Of a DNA stretch of 64,000 bases, positions 42,928 to 57,100 are shown piece after piece. Below the pieces are notes generated by a model, which had not been told where the DNA came from, ran no database searches, and worked only from the letters and a program-made list of their open reading frames with translations. The DNA comes from Balanoglossus misakiensis (taxonomy: Eukaryota; Animalia; Hemichordata). The position numbers and the translations under genes were made by a program. Each line of letters starts with the position of its first letter. Position 1 is the first letter of the stretch. The DNA is taken from positions 7,055,677 to 7,119,676 of the forward strand of contig CM082592.2 in NCBI GenBank assembly GCA_040954595.2. Direction: 5' to 3'.

Positions 42928-45900
42928 TTAAGATGCATCTTCCCCCTCACAGTCTTGGATGTCATCTTGTCCCTTCTGCTCTTCACCTAAAGGGGGGAAA
43001 AAACAAAAGAATGTCAATGTCACAGCTTGGTGAATTAATTCACACACTCCCGCTCGATTTGAGGAAAATACTGGTGGACTCGTAACATGGGGGTCACAGA
43101 GTGGTTAATAATAACCCAATATGGACAGAAGGGGAAATACTTTGTCCAGTCAAAAGGCAAGCTTTATCTTTACGAGCGATCTCTCACATGACCATGTCAA
43201 CTTACAGGTCACATGCAGATTTATATGAAGCAATCTTTTTGGGGTCATTGGCTGAAAAATCTAGATCAAACAAATCTAGCTGACGAGGTACACATTTTAA
43301 ACACAATTTCAGAAAAATCAAGTAATGAAGAGTTCAAATATGCACGTGCATCATAAAAATTGAAGTCCTGTCTGGTTCACATAATTTAACTGTTCCCGCA
43401 CAAAGGAAATTCTCAAATCTACATGCAAACTGAACTGTGTCACAATGACTGTAAAAATAACTGGAACTGGATCACTCAGGTGATGTATCTGCAAGGTCAA
43501 GGTCGTCTCCACAAGCCCTCGTAAAAAATTGGCTACCTATACAACCTGTGTAGATAATCCCCCCTTGACTGTTTATGATATATAACCTGTCTTTTCCTTA
43601 CCTTCCCCTTGCATGTCCGATGTCCAAAGGGTTAGGTTATCTCTTAGTAACTGCATGATAAGCGTTGAATCTTTGTAACTATCTTCATTGAGGGTATCGA
43701 GCTCGGCGATGGCTTCGTCAAACGCCGCCTTCGCTAGACGACATGCCCGGTCGGGTGAATTCAAAATCTCATAGTAGAAAACTGAGAAATTGAGCGCTAG
43801 ACCAAGACGTATTGGATTTGTTGGTGGTAACTCTGTCGTTGCAACATCGCTAGCTGCCTTGTATGCTACCAGACTGTTTTCTGCCGCTTCTTTCCTATCA
43901 TTCCCGGTGCAAAACTCTGCCATGTAGCGGTGATAGTCACCCTTCCTGTGAAGTGGATTCGCCAGGGATAAAATTTATTATCAAAGATACAGTATCGCCA
44001 CAACATCGACATAGTTTAAAATGCAATAGAAGAAGTAGTGTTTGAAGAAATCAGCTTGAGAAAAGTTGAGGCCAAAACAGGCAGTTTTCACGGGCACATA
44101 CCAACATTGGATCTTACAGATTTGACATAAAAAAAATCTCCCTTACCAATTGCAACAAAATGACCACCTGGCCACGCACGTTAGGTTGCATCACAATGTA
44201 ATGTGACATGACATGCATAATGTATTGAGGTAGAGCAGAATCAAATCTGAGCACGTCGTGGTCTGACTTTCCCAATCTTTAAAGCAACACATCAGAACAA
44301 ATGCTGTCAAAACTAGGTAGCCTACTTACATTTTGAAATAGAAGACTTTCGACTCGCCTGGGGTGGCTGATGGAATTAAATGGTTATCCAACAAGACTAA
44401 GATGTCCTGGCAAATATCTCTCAGCTCTTTCTCGACCTGAAAGGAAGAGGATCAGACATGTTAGCATGATATGATGTGAATCTGGCTCAAATTATTCTCT
44501 TTTGTTTCCAAAAATAAGTTCAATTGGTGGCCAAAATTTAAACTACCAGACTGCCTTTACACCAGGGTGCTACAATATCATGATGCTACAACAGAGGCTG
44601 ATATAGGTTGCCTATTTGCAAGTGGATGTGATGAAAAATTTAATCTAAGCTGAACTTGCTAATCAAGATATTAGTTGTAATGAACGCAAATGGCGATACG
44701 CTAAGTGATTCACTTCAGTGTAACGAACATTTTCCCTGTCCACAATCATGGTCGTTTAAGCAAGGTCCCACTGCATTTAATTTCACACTGTTCAACCATT
44801 GATACAAGAGACCCTTTTGCCAGGAAAATTTGGGGAGATGGATAAAAGCACACTGATTACCTGTATTCTGTAATTCTTGATCATTTCAACTTTTTCATCT
44901 GTGCCCTTCGCTTCTTCTTTCTGTTCAATACTGCTGATGATCCTCCAAGACGCACGGCGAGCTCCTATGACATTTTTGTACGCAACTGATAGAAGGTTCC
45001 GTTCTTCTACTGTCAGCTCTACATCCATTTCGCCTACCTTTTTCATATTCTCAACCATCTCTGCAGGAAGAAACGAGTGTCACCATGATAGCACAAAACA
45101 TTCATCTAACATGTACAGGAAAGCAGCTGTCGTATTTGCAGTACGCGCCCTTGCGGGGAACAGCATGACCACACGTCGCCATGTTAACAAATCAAGAGTG
45201 CAATCATGCTGTTAGACTGAAGTGTGATACTGACCCAAATTTGGGACACGCACATATTGAACTGTGATTGCAAGGATGGGCACTGTCACCACAGAGTCAA
45301 AACCAGAGAAGTCATGATCTTGAGGTCATAGCCTTTTCCATGGAAAAACTACGAACAGCACAGTAATTTTTAGATAAATTACCAAGGTATATGGCACATA
45401 CATGTTTGGGTTTTGTTATTTCTATGAGTGCAAACAATAGACCCCTTGTCTGAAGCCCACAACTGTTAATTAGAAAACAACCTTTGTCTGTAGCCAGCCT
45501 ACATCTGTTAATTAGAAAACCTTAACCTTTGTTTTTAGCCTACAACTGTTAATTAGAAAATGGATCAGATGCACAGGTCACCTCTCCCTTCAAGTATCAA
45601 TGTCAAAGGGTGTAGGGTAGTTGAATAAGAACATGTTCGTTGAAGCTTGTCACAACAAATGTCATAATCTTGTCGACCACATTTGTAAATTTGGAATACT
45701 GTCTACACAAGCAAATCAATTCTTGAACTGCACAAAACTAGGCTCAAGTACTGACGAGTTTTTGTGCTGTCAGTTCTACCATCTATGTTTTGTTTTTTTT
45801 ATCCCAGTACGGTAATCCTGTAACAGTGAGTGCCATTGTTGCAGGCTCTTGAAACCTTGAATTCTATCTGGCTCTGTTGTGAACTGCCCATGGAGATGGC

Positions 45901-47959
45901 AAAATCTGCCTGAAAATGCCCTTCTGGTTTGAAATGACGAAGTGTGAGATGATACTAAACTGCTGTCGGTAGATAAATGATTTCAGTAACAATTTGTTTT
46001 CATCAAGCTTTTTAGAAGGTTCACATAGAAATATACGAATCAGTAGGCCATGCTTTTGAGTTTAAATTGAGTAACAATATTACTGCATTATTCACAAGTT
46101 TGACATGTACAGGATGTCCACTGCATGATTCAACTTCCTACTTCATGGCTTCTATGGCCATCTTACTATATTTACATTGCACCATAAAATCAATATGAAT
46201 AATTGACAAAAACATAAGTCAACCATAGCTCAAGTGCTGGTGTTTTCCCCTTTGCCTTTAACTTAACAGATTCATCTAAACATATTTCGATTTATATCTC
46301 TACTGTGGCCAGTTGTGTATTTTCAAATCTATGGAACTTTAATTTCAAACAAGGCTTGTTATGGAAGAATGAAATTTAATTGCATTAGGAACACACCCGG
46401 CCCTGGGCAAGTTATGCAATTATTTACAGATTTTTTCACAAAGTGACATAAGAGCATTGTACTATGATAACACTCCCTTTTAGGTCATGTCCTACCATGC
46501 ACTACATGGGTGTTCTCAAGGGCAGATACAGGTTCAAGGTTATCCCACAACCCCACTCTCTGGGTGATCTTTCAAGCCTGCAAGTTAATCTTGGCAGCAA
46601 AGTGTAATTTATTTCAATGCACAAAATATTACGGTCAATCTTATAAATATACAAGGCAAATCAATGAAAAATAAATTCGCACTCTCTATACAGAGAACAA
46701 TAGGTTGTGTCGTTATAATATGTGACTTTATTTTTTTCAACTACAACTTTGCATAAGATTAACTCAGGAACAAAAATTTATTAATTAACTTCCACAAAGA
46801 AGGAACAATTTTCCAGGTTATTATAATTATGGCTATATCAATGACCACTGCCTGAGACGTAATGTCAGCAACAATTCATAGATTTACTCTTACATAGTAA
46901 ATTTAAAAATCAAATCCAATATTTTCAAGATATGCATAACCCTTGGCATTATCATCTGGCAATAATATTGGCTAATGACCAAACAGAGCATTTATGGGAA
47001 ACTGATGGGCTTCTCTACAGATGACCTATGATCATCTTTCTTGGGCCTGTGGATGAAGTGGCAAATGAGGGGGGTTTGTGCATTCTTAAACGAGCTTTTT
47101 TGGTCTAATGAAAGTGAAAATCACCGGACCATTTATGCTAAGCGATGACGCATCGATTTTTTGGGACCACCGCCCAAGAACGAATCATCGCGTTCTTTTT
47201 TGTTCAGAACGCCGACATTTCCCCCCATCAAAGTTCAATGGAAATAAACATGTAACAGTCATCTCGACTCTGCAACCTCCAATACTATTGAATTCGTCGT
47301 TTTCCGCAGTTTCGGCGGCTGTGAGAAGCGGAACCGCACAGACACGCTTTCAATAAATAGGGTGAAAATAGTTCCACATTCGACAGCCACACAGCGACAA
47401 CATTTCGACACCGCTAGTTTGTGCACGTACTCAATTTGCCGCATTTGATCTAAAGTGAATACCATACAAGGTAAAGATGTCAAAAAAACACTGGCGGCCG
47501 GATGAAAGCTTGAAGATGACTGGATCGTGACCCTGTGGGACTTGGGAAAGAAAGTTCGTATTTCCTGGTAGTTATTACTGTACGGACACGAACTGATGAT
47601 TCATATTCAAATTCAACATGGCGACCGAAAATGTCCTAGCACTCACCTTAGCCGATTACATTATGAACGATGATATATAGGCACGTTTCAGCAGAGTATA
47701 CATAATAATTTACAGTACAATCGACACACTATTAAATAACATTTTATCCATCTCATTGAAATTATTCGTAATGAACGTTTCGGGGACATGTTCAGTGTTT
47801 TGACCTATTTATCTAATACAGCTCGCCGGGGAACCAATGTAGTAACAGGCATTCATAACGAAAGGCCGACATATGAACAAATCTTAGAACCTTACCGTCA
47901 TATCTTTCGGCTTGCTCTGCCAATTTGGCCTGGTAAACACAATCCTCTCTGTCTGCCAT
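42928..47959 (-). CDS. YWHAE: 14-3-3 protein epsilon; spliced
   Basis: Exons 47896-47959 ([21 protein letters not shown]), 44861-45060 ([36 protein letters not shown]), 44330-44436, 43602-43945 ([37 protein letters not shown]), 42928-42986 (acidic tail, TAA). Epsilon-type residues ([20 protein letters not shown]). Confidence 0.96.
45442..45560. repeat. Three-copy ~40-bp tandem repeat in 14-3-3 intron 1
   Basis: Unit CCTTTGTCTG..AGCC(T)ACAACTGTTAATTAGAAAA occurs three times with small indels. Confidence 0.8.
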
Positions 47960-48100
47960 TGCGGATGGTATAGTTTAAGCTCCGATTTCGATGGATTTTA
48001 TCAATACCTATATTGAGTACACCTTGAATAAAGACAAGATGGCCGCGCCCGCCAACATGAAAATAGTTCCGGAGATCAGGGTTGTGATATGCGTCCGCCA
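47960..48100 (-). promoter_or_regulatory. 14-3-3 epsilon proximal promoter / 5' UTR
   Basis: CpG-rich stretch directly upstream of the ATG with a YY1-type CAAGATGGCCGC at about 48035-48046. Confidence 0.45.
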
Positions 48101-51100
48101 GAAGGGCGAAAACAGTATACAGGAAGTCTGGGGAAAACCCTGGAGACACTTTTCCATTTGTTTGCCGACAGTTTTCACTGTTCGTGCTACAAAAACCCGT
48201 GAATGACCGAACGAACTTTACTTTTCGGTTTATTTGGGACATTCATCTGCAACAATCGCTGATAGTCACGACATGCTGGACAGTCGTACCATAATCTTGG
48301 AAGTTGGAGAAAATATTATGGGTCGAGAGCAAATAAATGTTTGTTTTGCGTTGTGTAGAACCTTTACTGGAGTAGCTCGGGTACAAAAATCGCCAACAAA
48401 TGACAATATTGAAAACCAAACAAACATGTTACCGCTCAAAGTTTAGAAAAACACTATGATTTTTCCGAACTATTTGCGCGGTGGAATATGTGGTTATTTT
48501 ATAGTGTGCTTCGACCGGTTGCTGTTGACGTAGGCCTCGGCAATACCCATTTCCATAGTAACAGAGCAGAGATCGGGATGATAGTAGACAACAAATAATG
48601 CTATATTGAAATAACTGAAAATTGTGTATTTTTGTAAACATGAATGCACAATGTGCGAAAAAAAATATAATGTTTCCATTCGAAGAAATGCCCTTCCCGA
48701 ATCCTTCCTATTTGGAACTCCATTTCTGACGAAGTGTGCACAATATACATTGAAGCTCACTGATTTGTTTTTTAAACGAAAGAATTAAAAATAAAGTTCA
48801 TCGTGTACTGATTGCTTTATTCAGAAGGAATACATGAATACAATGCATTGCACCAAACACAATTTAATCAGGGCTGGTACTTCTTGAAAACTTGTGGAAA
48901 TTGCATTGTGTTTGACCTTTCAGAAAAAAAAAAACACCCACAGAAATCTCATGAACATACTAGTATGCCCTTGTTCCAAATTGGTAGGTGGCCTTTATGG
49001 TGTAACAGGCTCAGAATAACTCAAACCCCATTGTAACCATGATGCCTCTGTGATTAGTAACAAGTCCAGGTTATTTGGAAGGATTTCAGGGATGGCTTGA
49101 AACAATGTGTTCTGTATGTAAGGTTTTACATTTCATGCATATGCATAGAATACACAAAACTGAAATCCTATCCACCACACGGGTGGTAACAATGGAATAG
49201 GTGGCAAGTCAAGACCATTAATTTGATCCAGTGGGACTATCTGCCATTAAAAAACCTCCATGATGTTCTTAGCACCTGAGAACTTGGTGTGAAACCTTCG
49301 TGTACAAATAATGCAGATAATTATTAGTAACACAGACAAATATATCAGCTTCAGCGTGCAAACATGGTAGCTAAAATAAACATTTTCATTTTTATTCATA
49401 AGAGACAACAAGCAACAAGTCATTCATATATTTTTTTATTTTGCATCCAGACATATTGATACATTTCATGATAGACTGTAAACAACTTCTTGACTGCACT
49501 CAATGGACAAGTTCTGAGCACGAAATAGATTCATTTGAAATATTGGTTGGAGCTTCAGGAGGTATGAACGGCTAAAATCGGTAAATTTTCACTTTACAGT
49601 GTTTTTATCCTTGCTGCAATGGAGTGTAAACATCAGTGGAAGACTACCCATCACCAGAGACAATGCAATGTCAAAACTGTTACACAAGATTTCAATTTCA
49701 GTTGTTGTTGTTTTCATTTTGGCCAGTGAAGAAACTGACGTGTTGCATTTCCGTTGCTAGTTCATATTTGAGGCTGGAAGTGTCTATAAACAGTTTGTTA
49801 GTTACCATGAGCGGTTTTATACATAACCTTTTCGAAAAAGTGCAAATCTTGAATGATTTCCGACGTAAAAATCTGTGAAATCAAAGGCAATCTATGCCGT
49901 GCATATTTCCTCAGTTTTCCCTGAGAAAAATGCAAATGTAACTTGACCTTGAATGTTGGCAAGGTCGCCCTCCTTTCAAGTTCGGACAAAAGGGTGAAAA
50001 TGTTGCGAGTGATTTTCAGAAATTAAGCTAGAAAATAGCGGTACAAGATTTCCTTTTCCCCCCCTGTCGGATCCCACTCAAGCATGGTAACATGTTTATA
50101 AACTGTAACAACGCACACAGATCAAACTCCAGCTTCAAATATTCAACTTGTGAACAAAGGGAACACGGTTCATCATGACAGACGTACTCAGGGCCAGCAG
50201 TTACAGTGTAACTGATCCTTCAAGTGCAATGTACTGAGAAAAAAACCCCAGCATATCATATACTGTAAATGTTCGATGCCATTTTTCTTCAATCGCTGTA
50301 CACAAACTGAACACGTAACAAAGTTGAATTCCAGAAAATTTGCATTTGTCTTTTTTTGAAGATATGAACCACAAACTATGACTCCCTTAAGCACAGTTTG
50401 TCATGACAAAATATACTATTTACAATGTTTTGGTCTATTCTCTTGATTAAAACAAGACAACCACACACCCACCAAACAAACGCAATTCAACAGGAAATAA
50501 AACAATTTTTAAAAGCCAGCTACTCAACACTGCTCTTCCCAACCACAGCAATTCCACAACACATTGGCACTTCCAAAATTAATGAATTTAGAATTCAAAT
50601 CCGTCTTTGGCTAAGCCCAGTAAATACAATCATTTCAAGTTTGGAAGCTCTTTATTAGTATAATTATTTCAGCATTCTGTTTATTGGCTCATAGTGAGAA
50701 AAAAAATGTAAATAGCAACAAATCTCATACTGTGTGTCATTAATTAATATATCATGTGAACTGATAAAATAAAGTTGGAAAAGATAAATATCACCCAACT
50801 AAAATATACATCAAGCAAATTACTAAATATATATACATATATCTGAGCAAAAAAAAATAAAGATTACCCGATTTGCATGAAATTCCCAACATTTCAACCA
50901 CTGACACAATCCCTGTTCGGTAAGTAAACAGGAATAGTGTAAGAGATGGAAAATAGCAAACCTATGAGAATTGCAACCATGAAATTGACTTGCAGCGCTG
51001 AAAATCAACACAATTTCCAGGTCAAGGAGCGAGAGAGAACAGACCAAAAATTGTAAACGTATCCAAACCAGAACAACACCACATAAAAACAATTTTGAAA

Positions 51101-51153
51101 ACATGGGTTTATAACAGTTTTTTTTTTATTATTTGGAAAAATAAAGCTGACGA

Positions 51154-54100
51154 TTAATGTATTCCCAGTTTGCCGATCTGACCGGTGACGCCGTTTGCCG
51201 GTTTGAGCGTGTCGCCCGCAGCGGCTCCGTCGCTCTGTTGGTACAGCTGGTCGAACTTCTGCTTCAGCTCCTCGCGCAGCTCTTTCCGCTGCAGCGACAC
51301 CATGCCCTGGTTGGCAAAGAACAGCTGCTTCTCCTCCTCTGATATGAAATTCTCTTCATCCGATGAACACGAATCCTGCAGAGGTAAAAAAAAAACGAGC
51401 TGATACGCTATACTGACATGCAAACAAACAACTGTGCAAGCTCTAGGCACAGATATAGCATGGAAGCTCTAGGTACAGATATGGCATGGAAAGTGGATCG
51501 AGATCTAGCCAATCCAACATATCAGGAGAAAACTATTCACAAACGGCACCCTGAAATATCTTAGTCAAATGACTGGTAGTCACACAAACCTGTAACATAT
51601 CCTCCAACTTCGCTGTCCAGCCCATAACTTTGTGTAACTCTTTCTCATCTTGACACTGACATATACGGCACGCCCCATGTATCTCATGACACACCTGTAA
51701 AACACACACGTGGGATAACACACTGAGTTCCAACTATCACTGATAGCCCATTTTCTCCACAGAAGAAAAAAAAAATTAGATATCAATATTCTTTTACCAA
51801 GACAGAACTGAATGAACTGCCAATGGTGGCTTTTTCTCAACATGCAAAATCAACGCGTACACAACCACTGTATTTCCTTCTGCAGAACTGTGAAGGTAAG
51901 ATATACAACATCATCTATACACATGACTTGACTTACTGATTGATCTTTGCTCCAGCATTTCTTTGTGCGGTTGAGAACTGTTCCATTCCGTACTCCAATC
52001 TGACAGTCTGAACAAACCCCGTCCAATACCGCTGCAGTAAATGCAAGGAGATTGAAATGAGATTAATAATCACAAAAGCTGTCTCACCATCAAACTTTTT
52101 GTCATTTCAAAAGTCAGCAGTATGCAGACAAGGTACATTAATTTCTTGATACGATTCCTACGCTACAAAATGATTCTTACACTGTACACAGTACATTTCA
52201 CAAGAAGAGGCAAAGATACTGGGGCCAATACCTGATTGCTGACAGTGGCCCTCTGAACCATCCCTGGAATGACTTTCTGAACTGGACTCGCTGCAGTAGC
52301 CCCCGTCGTTGGGACTGTGGCTGCCTTCACAACCATTCAGGCACTTGCTCTCCTCACACTCACACACGGCGGTAAACTGGCTGGAAGATGAACTGCTCTT
52401 GCACGACGCTCGGCTGTGGTCCTCCTTGATGGACGCACACGTGTTACAGCTGCCATCTTCGTGGTTGTCATTGCTGTCAACCTTCTGCAAGGACAAATAA
52501 AAAAAAGTACCAAGGTGACGTCCCCAGCAGTTTCCAAGTTTGCCCCAAATCTGTTATTTTCTATGGAAAATTGGACCTCAGCAAAAGTGAAACAGGGATG
52601 CAAAAAGGCAAAATGAGTTCAAGCTTTCGCAGTACCTCCTGACACGTGGAACTCACGACCTTCCCAAGTGGTTTGGAGTCGGTGCACTTCGGTTTGGTTT
52701 TCCTCTGTGGCTCCGGCTGGGGACTCGGCTGCACTTCCACAGTTTCAATCTCTTCCAGACTCTCACTTTTGCCCTTCTTCTTGGCTTTCTTCTTCTGCTT
52801 CTTCTGCTCCTTGCGCTGCTGCTTGGCCTTCTCCGCCTCCGTGATCTCCTTGCACACCAGCTCCAGCATGGTCACCCCTTGCTTTTCTTCCACTGCCACC
52901 TGGAAACGCACACAGAAAAAAATTAGCATTTTAACAGGCAGTGGGAGTAATGCCTGTCCACAGAAGCGCACATGGCAAATCATTTTACATGTATCAGCTA
53001 CATTGTACTTGAATTGGCCACACAGCTTTTGGCGTTTCCACCAATGACACACACACTACTCCACGCATCATGTTACTCTCAGGCCAGACCTTACAAATTC
53101 GCCTCACCTCAAAGCTCTTTCTCAGTGCATTCACTCCCAGGTAAAAGAGCATCTGCCAGGTCTGTTCCTCGGCGCGAAGTTTCTGCCAGATGCGATAAAG
53201 CCTTTCATACAACTGGATACCAAGACAAGTAAGTACCTCCTCTTGTGCGATGTCGATTGTTTTGGCATGTCTCTCCCGTCTCCTGAAAAAGCATGACATG
53301 TGTTCATGTAGTATCCATTCACTTTCAACTGAACAGAATTTTACTAAATCACTTTGGTTTTACGATCATTTTATTCGTTGTGAGAGTCAAACGACGGACA
53401 GTCAAAATTTTCCAGATACCAATTTTGAAATCACAATAAGTTTCCACATATGAATCCAAGTGGGTAAAAAAATATGAAGATCGATACAATTATTGCTTCA
53501 CAGCTGAATGTATGAATTTCATATAAATGTGTTTACACTTCAAATCAAAGCAAGTAGCTCTTGGTTTGCAGACTCTGGTAGCTGGGCGGGTTAAAAAAGT
53601 TAGGCCGTTCCCGTCAAATGCTTTTGTTGCTAAGCGCTACAAATGTGGACAGTGTGTCATGCCCCATGAGGAACATCACACACAAGATCCCTGTTGAATC
53701 AGACCTGGCAACAGGCCAAGCAGATTACAAATAACACTGCCGTCATACATTATGTATGTCTTAACACACCAACTTTGCACGTGGGCAGTACATTATCAAC
53801 CCTTTACACCCTGACCCCCTGGTGACCTATGATGTCATCGGATATACATGTACATGTATTTTCCAATCCATTTCCAACAATACCATTCAACCTTATAATA
53901 TTTAAGAAGGGGGTTATGTTATCTTTGATAATTGACAAAAGGTTGCAACTGACTGTCCATATGTAAAATTTTCGTTTGTGAATGTCGCAGAAAAGGGGAT
54001 TTAAGCCACCGAACAGTCCTTGCTGTTAGCAAATAAAACCCCTTTGGACCCAGTTCCAATGTAGCTAAGTTCTTGAGATATCACTAATATAATTTACAAG

Positions 54101-57100
54101 GTAGACATCATAAACAAGGCTGTAATTTCTATGTGAACACAGTTAAAGCATGGCATAAAGTGATCCAAGACAAACAGCCAAGGAAATGAAAAAATACTTC
54201 AGTAATATCCACATGCAGGTATTCTAATGCTATATACCGCTATTGACAGTTATTGATAAGCACGAATGACGAAACCTACCCTCCATTGAGATCGGGTTCT
54301 GCTCTGCTGATCAGGTGTGCAATGAAGTCTGTATCGCAGAGCACATGGACGTGCCTCTCTTGCGGACAACACCTCAGTCCCTCATACAGTGTGGGACAGT
54401 AGCCTTTCTCTTGACAGCTATCGACTTCACCAATTAGGATGTTGTAGGCACGCATCACTTTGGACTTGCATTCACTGCAAAACCTGGCCAAGAGAATGGA
54501 ATAATGAGTCTAAAATAAACACAAAATGCAATAAACCAGTTTGACCTATATTCACCATCACACACTAATCTTCTCCCTGGGGCAGGAGAAATGAATTTTA
54601 AGACCACTACAAACATCACAGGCCCTATTAGTAAACACAACTTTGCAAAGCAGTCCACCCGTGTCACACTAACTGTAGAAGTAGCATAGAAATACAATGG
54701 GTGTACTTGTTAATGGACCGACAAGCATGTCCTACATAGAAAGAGGTCATTTGACGATAGCTGTAAAAGGTCATGTGACTGCCCCTTATAGAGAACCAAC
54801 ACAGCATGTCTACAAACAAAGAAATCAAGGTCAAGACATATTTCTTAGTGATGTCTCAATACCTGTTTATTGAAAGGTTGAAACAGCATGGCCATAGCAT
54901 TGAATAAATCACCTAAGGTGGTTACATTCAACTCTTTTTCTAGTGAGTACTGTATGTGACAAAAAAGTTTCTCTATTAAGCTTACGCACACAACACCCCC
55001 CTTCCCACTCTCTCGTAAAATCTTACCTATGTTTGCGTAGATAGACTTCAGTCGTTTCTAGTAGTGCATCAGCTTCTATGACTGTGACTTCATCGCGGCA
55101 CTCTTGAGATAATACCTCCCACACATCCATCCAACTCCTGCAGACAGATTTAATTAATGCAAGTCACACATAAGTCTAGCCTTGGCAGATCACTGAAAAT
55201 TGTAGGCACTACTAAGTAGTACTTGTAATTCAAATAACAGGTTTTCAATTCTATACAGCATTTCATAAGTAACTGGCTATTTTGCATTCTGATGGCATAA
55301 TCATACAAAATACGTAAGAAATGTACAAACCATGTAAGAACAGTAACTTCACATGAAAAAGACGTTGATTCAATGTGTCCAAAGTTGTAGAAACACATCT
55401 GCAAAGGCGAGAAACATATCAAACTTACCCAATCAGTTTTGTCTTTTGGTTATCTATCGAATGCAGCATGCACCTTCTGTTTTTCTTCATCTTGGGTATG
55501 TTGTCTATCATTGCATTCAGCTGAGACCTGTCATGAAAGGGGATACAGACCAGTAAGCGAGATTTCTTTAATGTTTCCCAAAAGTATCATATGAGGGCGC
55601 TCTTAATGTGGGTGGAGATGATACATTCTGTTCCTCTCCCACATACGCTATCTTGCAAAGGTCACATCAGGCATCATTTGCCTATTGAGGAAAAGCTCAA
55701 CGTGAACATACTCATGAGCACTGTTTAAACACACCATTCCTGTGTACGGTGTTATCAATAGCAGCAGATTCTATGATATTAGTCCTCTGTCTGCTACCAG
55801 AATGTTTGCCTACAAAACATGCTTTCCATTTGGCGTAAACATGAGAATGAAACCCAGAAAATGCTCCTGGAAAGATTGCAGAGCAAATATACTCACCCAT
55901 GCACATAAAATAACATATATATAGCTTTTGCATCAAACAGGGTTTCGTGTACAATTGAAAGAACAGAATTTGGCGTGACAACTAAAGGTTCCAATGCCCT
56001 CTGATGACCTGACTTGACCAGATGGTGAAACATGCGCTCCGCACTGTAGGAAAAAAAAAACACACAAAATGTCTGTCAACTTGTTCATAATATTATAAAG
56101 TTTATGACGATATGGCTTAATGGAAACAGCATCTGTCACACTAACTTATAACTAAGGAAATAAATAAAACGGCAATAGCGTGCAAAAATTGGCAAAATAT
56201 CTTCACAAATGATCCTACTATTTGTAACAAGTTATTCTCAAACAGACAAAACTTGATTAACTTTATTATTTATTAAAAATATTTACAAAGAAATATTTAA
56301 CAATTTGCCTCTATATATAAAACACAGGAAGTTATAATGGCATCACTCCCTTTACTAGGAGAAAGTTTTGTCAAACTGTACACCACCATGGTTTGGTCTG
56401 AGGTAAAGTTTGACCACTACAAGGGGAAATGGGGGTGTGAAAGGGTTAGACCTTACCTTCTTCTACAACCAACGCAAGGCACCATTTGTGACAAGGTAGT
56501 GAAAAGTTCCTTGCTTGTCACCATCATTGCAACCGCCAACTCATCCTTACTGAGCAGACCAAATTTCTGTGATGAAGAATCAACAGAAACATCAGTACAG
56601 TTGTCTGGTTACACAATTTTGACAACTTAACACAAAATGAAGGAATGCATTAGTACTTAAAAATATGAACCTCACTCCAATTTTAAGCGCACCATTTTAA
56701 CGCACATATTAACCAAAATTCCAGTCTTAATGATTAATTTTGGAAGTTACAGCTGACATTAATACTCAAATGATAAATGGATGTTTTGCTGTAACTGTCC
56801 ACAGTTAACTATAAAATAGCAAAAAAGAGCCTTTACCTGAACAAACTTCTCCAATTCAGCAGGTTTTACACGTGAACATTTTCCTTGTTCACACCACAGG
56901 AAATCAGGATCAGCAAACTCCATAACCATCTACATAAAAAGATAATGTGTGAAATAGTTGTCACAAAAAGTCGCAAAAACTGGGTGGCTGTTAAGTGTTT
57001 CTCACAATCTAAACTGTAACATACGTGTGAGTATACACACACATTCACTGTTTATACAATATGAACCTTTTTCATGGGTTTAAGGCAGTACTGACTGAAG

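Noticed and set aside
43473-43545. Possible alternative terminal exon of 14-3-3 ([13 protein letters not shown])
   Set aside because: It would need an intron of only about 56 nt with a weak pyrimidine tract, and the peptide does not resemble 14-3-3 tails.
45442-45560. Repeat-spacer-like pattern (CTGTTAATTAGAAAA x3) as a CRISPR array
   Set aside because: The intervening sequences are similar to one another, the context is a eukaryotic intron and there are no cas genes. It is an ordinary minisatellite.
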